Shown: positions 7,298 through 9,962 of the stretch, one piece after another
Numbering within the stretch: the first letter of the stretch is position 1
Layout of the letters: every line of letters begins with the position of its first letter
NCBI RefSeq assembly: GCF_006345805.1
Contig: NW_021827780.1
Location: 1 to 9,962, forward strand
Reading direction: 5' to 3'
DNA length: 9,962 nucleotides
DNA from: Octopus sinensis
Lineage: Eukaryota
Made by a program: the position numbers and the translations under genes
Notes under the pieces: generated by a model
Database searches by the model: none
The model's input: the letters and a program-made list of their open reading frames with translations, nothing else
What the model was told of the DNA's origin: nothing

Positions 7298-7523
7298 ATT
7301 GTCACTTTCAGAATCATTAGATCGGAAGATTCATTAAAGATTTCTTGTAGTATTGCTTTATGTTGTGAGTTCAAAACTCGCCACTGAGATCAAATCTGTC
7401 TTTCATTTTCTTCGGAAAGAGATTATAAAGTACCAGTTGAGTACTGGGGTAGAGTTAATCAGCTAATGCCATCCTCTACCAAAGTGTTTACCTTGTAATA
7501 ATATGAAAAAAAAGTTATTATTC
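7298..7523 (+). mobile_element. Diverged SINE family 1 copy, tail most like type A; the only plus-strand copy
   Basis: cagaatcattag (A-box region), ctttatgttgtgagttcaaa, gtctttcatttt, aagtaccagttgagtactggggtagagttaatc, ccttgt..gaaaaaaaagttattatt. Confidence 0.8.
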
Positions 7524-8121
7524 AATTGTCACTCGGTTCAAAAACTTGCAGTGTTTTGAACCATCACTCTACAATTTTCTCGACTCAGAACCACAACAAT
7601 TTTGCCATAAAAGGCAATGTGTTTCCATAAAAGGCCTTAATACCAGTGTGACTATGGCTCAACCACTGACCATTGGCTGATTTGTTATAGTTGATACGGC
7701 AAACTTTAAAGGAAGTGTACGAGTTTTTTCCACCAAAAATCTTGATGGACAGTTCTGGAAATTTGTCTTACGGTTATAAAAAGCTATGAACTTCAACCTC
7801 AGGCTAGGGCACCCAAGCAATTTGCACACAGCTATGTCAATTTGCTCAGTGAGACGGTCTTTTGCCTTCTTCTACTTTTTCATACTTGTGTCGTGTTGAA
7901 CAAAAAATACCAACCTTAGGTTGTAACATCAAATCAAACTTATATTACTCATCTGCAGTAGATCAATTACTTTCTACTTATTGCGTTTTCAATATCTATG
8001 AACTACTTTCATATTATCTAGCATATTGTATTACAGAAGACTTCAAATTATACCATTTGTTATCGCATGAATATCGTCCATTAAATCGAATATTGTACGT
8101 GCGTAAATGTAAACGACGCAG

Positions 8122-8123
<2 letters not shown>

Positions 8124-8153
<30 letters not shown>
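8124..8153. repeat. (TAA)10 microsatellite
   Basis: Perfect run. Confidence 0.95.
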
Positions 8154-8155
<2 letters not shown>

Positions 8156-8249
8156 TATATTGAAACTCAAATAAATGCTAGTGTGGTCATTTTCCGTTGC
8201 ACACGCAACTTAGCAAATGTTGTGAACGACCAGCGAAGGATTGGTGATT

Positions 8250-8471
8250 AAAATTTATACTAAAGAAGCATTATGGGAACTATTATTGAAGCTAAGTTCA
8301 TATCGAGGCAGGTACTGTGGATAGGTTCATATAGAACTAAGGATGCTGTTACTAGTCGATAATTGATTAAAGGTTACTGTGGCCAGGTGTAAATTGATCT
8401 AGGAGTTTTACAGCTATTTGTAAATCAATCCAGATGTAGTAGCGTTGCAAGGGACCTTATGTAAATTGAAC
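8250..8471. repeat. Degenerate ~29-31-nt-period minisatellite
   Basis: gttcatat at 8296 and 8325; ggt(t)actgtgg at 8311 and 8372; gataattgatt, gtaaattgatc, gtaaatcaatc, gtaaattgaac at 8358, 8389, 8420, 8461. Confidence 0.45.
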
Positions 8472-8770
8472 GCAATCGTTATTCTAAGGTAAATAAACTA
8501 AAAGTGACTCACCTCCATCTATTTTGCTAGCTATTATTTCTCTCTTTTTCTCTCCCTCTCACATACATCATTCTTTCCAAATATCTCTCCCCCCAATGCA
8601 CTGCCACACACCTCCTCCTTCTCCCACTCATACGTTTGCGCAATAACAACTCTTAATAGAAAACCATTATCGAAAAAGATTTTTAAAAAATTTAATCCCA
8701 TATATTACGAAATATTGAGATAACTACTGCTGTTGTTTATTTTAATACTAAATAACAAAATTCTGATTAC

Positions 8771-8790
8771 TGATGATGATGATGATGATG
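8771..8790. repeat. (TGA)n microsatellite
   Basis: tgatgatgatgatgatgatg. Confidence 0.9.
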
Positions 8791-8904
8791 CCAGAATAAA
8801 TAAATGAATTAATACAAACAAAGATTTCTGATGTTTGTTATAAATAGAATCTGAAATAACTGCAACAATGTCTGTGGATTAGCAAACTGGAAATAGAATC
8901 TAAA

Positions 8905-9020
8905 TTATTACTATTGTTGTTATCGTTGTTTCTGTTGTTGTTGCTGCTAGTAGTAGTGAAGGTGCTGGTGGTGTTGATGTTTCCATAAAGGGTGTAGCGG
9001 CGGTGGCTCGGTTGTTATTG
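8905..9020. repeat. Mosaic trinucleotide tract (TTG/CTG/TAG/GGT/GCG)
   Basis: Successive short triplet runs. Confidence 0.7.
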
Positions 9021-9053
9021 CAATGTTTATGCTTATTCATAACGCGCAATTGA

Positions 9054-9084
<31 letters not shown>

Positions 9085-9125
9085 ATATATAGATATATAT
9101 ATATATATATATTATTAATTATATG
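9054..9125. repeat. Imperfect (TA)n microsatellite
   Basis: Visible run. Confidence 0.9.
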
Positions 9126-9344
9126 TATTGATATATTATATAATCTGTGTCTGTGTGTATTTTTGACATCATAAGAATTTAGAAGCTTCGAGAGATATGA
9201 AACTACTGATGTATCTTAAACAGTGGAACTCGAAGTGAATAAAGCTATAAATAATAGCATATAGAATATTGGGTTAAAGAAAAAAAGTCGAAGGATGTAC
9301 TGGGTCACGAATCCACATCTGAGAACATGACAGATGGTGCGTTA

Positions 9345-9364
9345 CTATATATGTAATATAGTAT

Positions 9365-9396
<32 letters not shown>
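9345..9396. repeat. Imperfect (TA)n microsatellite ending in the TA target of the MITE
   Basis: Visible run immediately 5' of the left TIR. Confidence 0.9.
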
Positions 9397-9570
9397 CGAG
9401 GGAGTACTGAAAGTTCGTGGCTTTAAGGGTGTCGCGAACCATCCGAGTTCTTATTCTTTTACAGAGTTTAGAAAGACTGAAGGGCCGCTGCAATGTTGAA
9501 TAAAATCCTAATTAACTGATCCTCCGTATTTTCTTTTACCCAAGGCCAGGAACTTTCCAGCAACCACTCG
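9397..9570 (+). mobile_element. Non-autonomous mariner-derived element (MITE)
   Basis: Left TIR cgagggagtactgaaagttcgtggcttt (9397-9424) versus reverse complement of the right TIR cgagtggttgctggaaagttcctggcctt (9542-9570): 22 of 29 aligned columns match. TA on the left, AG on the right. Internal LQSLERLKGRCNVE* (9459-9503) resembles a mariner transposase C-terminus. Confidence 0.82.
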
Positions 9571-9962
9571 AGTGAGTGTATGGGTGTAATATATAATATA
9601 TAATATATATGGTACACTCACAGGGATTTGGATCAGTGAATTGTAATAAAAATATCATTTTTTCTAAATAAATATATAGGCTTTGACCTCGTTTTGAAAA
9701 GAAAACAACTAGCTTCATTCTGGTTTTATGGGTTCCTGAGAAGAAAATTCGGGGACAGATTTGACAATTGTGAAAACGTAGATGAATAATTATCTTATCT
9801 TTGTTGACACTGTTATGCAAAGGACAATCACTTACCCTAAGGCCTACTTTGTAGACATATAATTAACGATGACCTACAAATATTTCTTTGGATAGAGGTG
9901 GCTTTTTTCACCTCTTCATTAACGTTTAAGAAAAATATAGATTAATCAGATCAGCCCCAGTT

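Noticed and set aside
7862-8251. 129-aa ORF with TTG start
   Set aside because: No recognisable domain; it crosses a (TAA)10 run and has the composition of AT-rich non-coding DNA.
9894-9915. AGAGGTG/CACCTCT hairpin with T6 in the loop
   Set aside because: A 7-bp stem is expected by chance in 10 kb; no linked upstream element.
9940-9962. gattaatcagatcagccccagtt resembling the family 1 hairpin core
   Set aside because: Too short and cut by the window edge.

Overview
AT-rich, repeat-dense eukaryotic non-coding DNA (intron or intergenic). I recognise the SINE families from memory as those of Octopus genomes; no search was run. No intact host gene, tRNA or rRNA is supported. Contents: (1) a decayed minus-strand L1/Tx1-clade LINE ORF2 reverse-transcriptase fragment (~1030-2150), split by a younger SINE with a 17-bp target-site duplication; (2) about 11 copies of a tRNA-derived SINE ('family 1') that share head and core but carry three different 3' tails, including a head-to-tail trimer inside one apparent TSD and a head-to-tail dimer; (3) two copies of a second tRNA-derived SINE ('family 2') in inverted orientation; (4) a mariner-derived MITE; (5) a ~210-bp diverged tandem duplication, a degenerate ~30-nt minisatellite and many microsatellites. 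Most listed ORFs are repeat artefacts; only 1554..1739 carries a real protein motif (the LINE RT). I see no convincing new protein-coding system. The best leads concern modular SINE biology: a composite trimer and a hairpin module shared by both SINE families.
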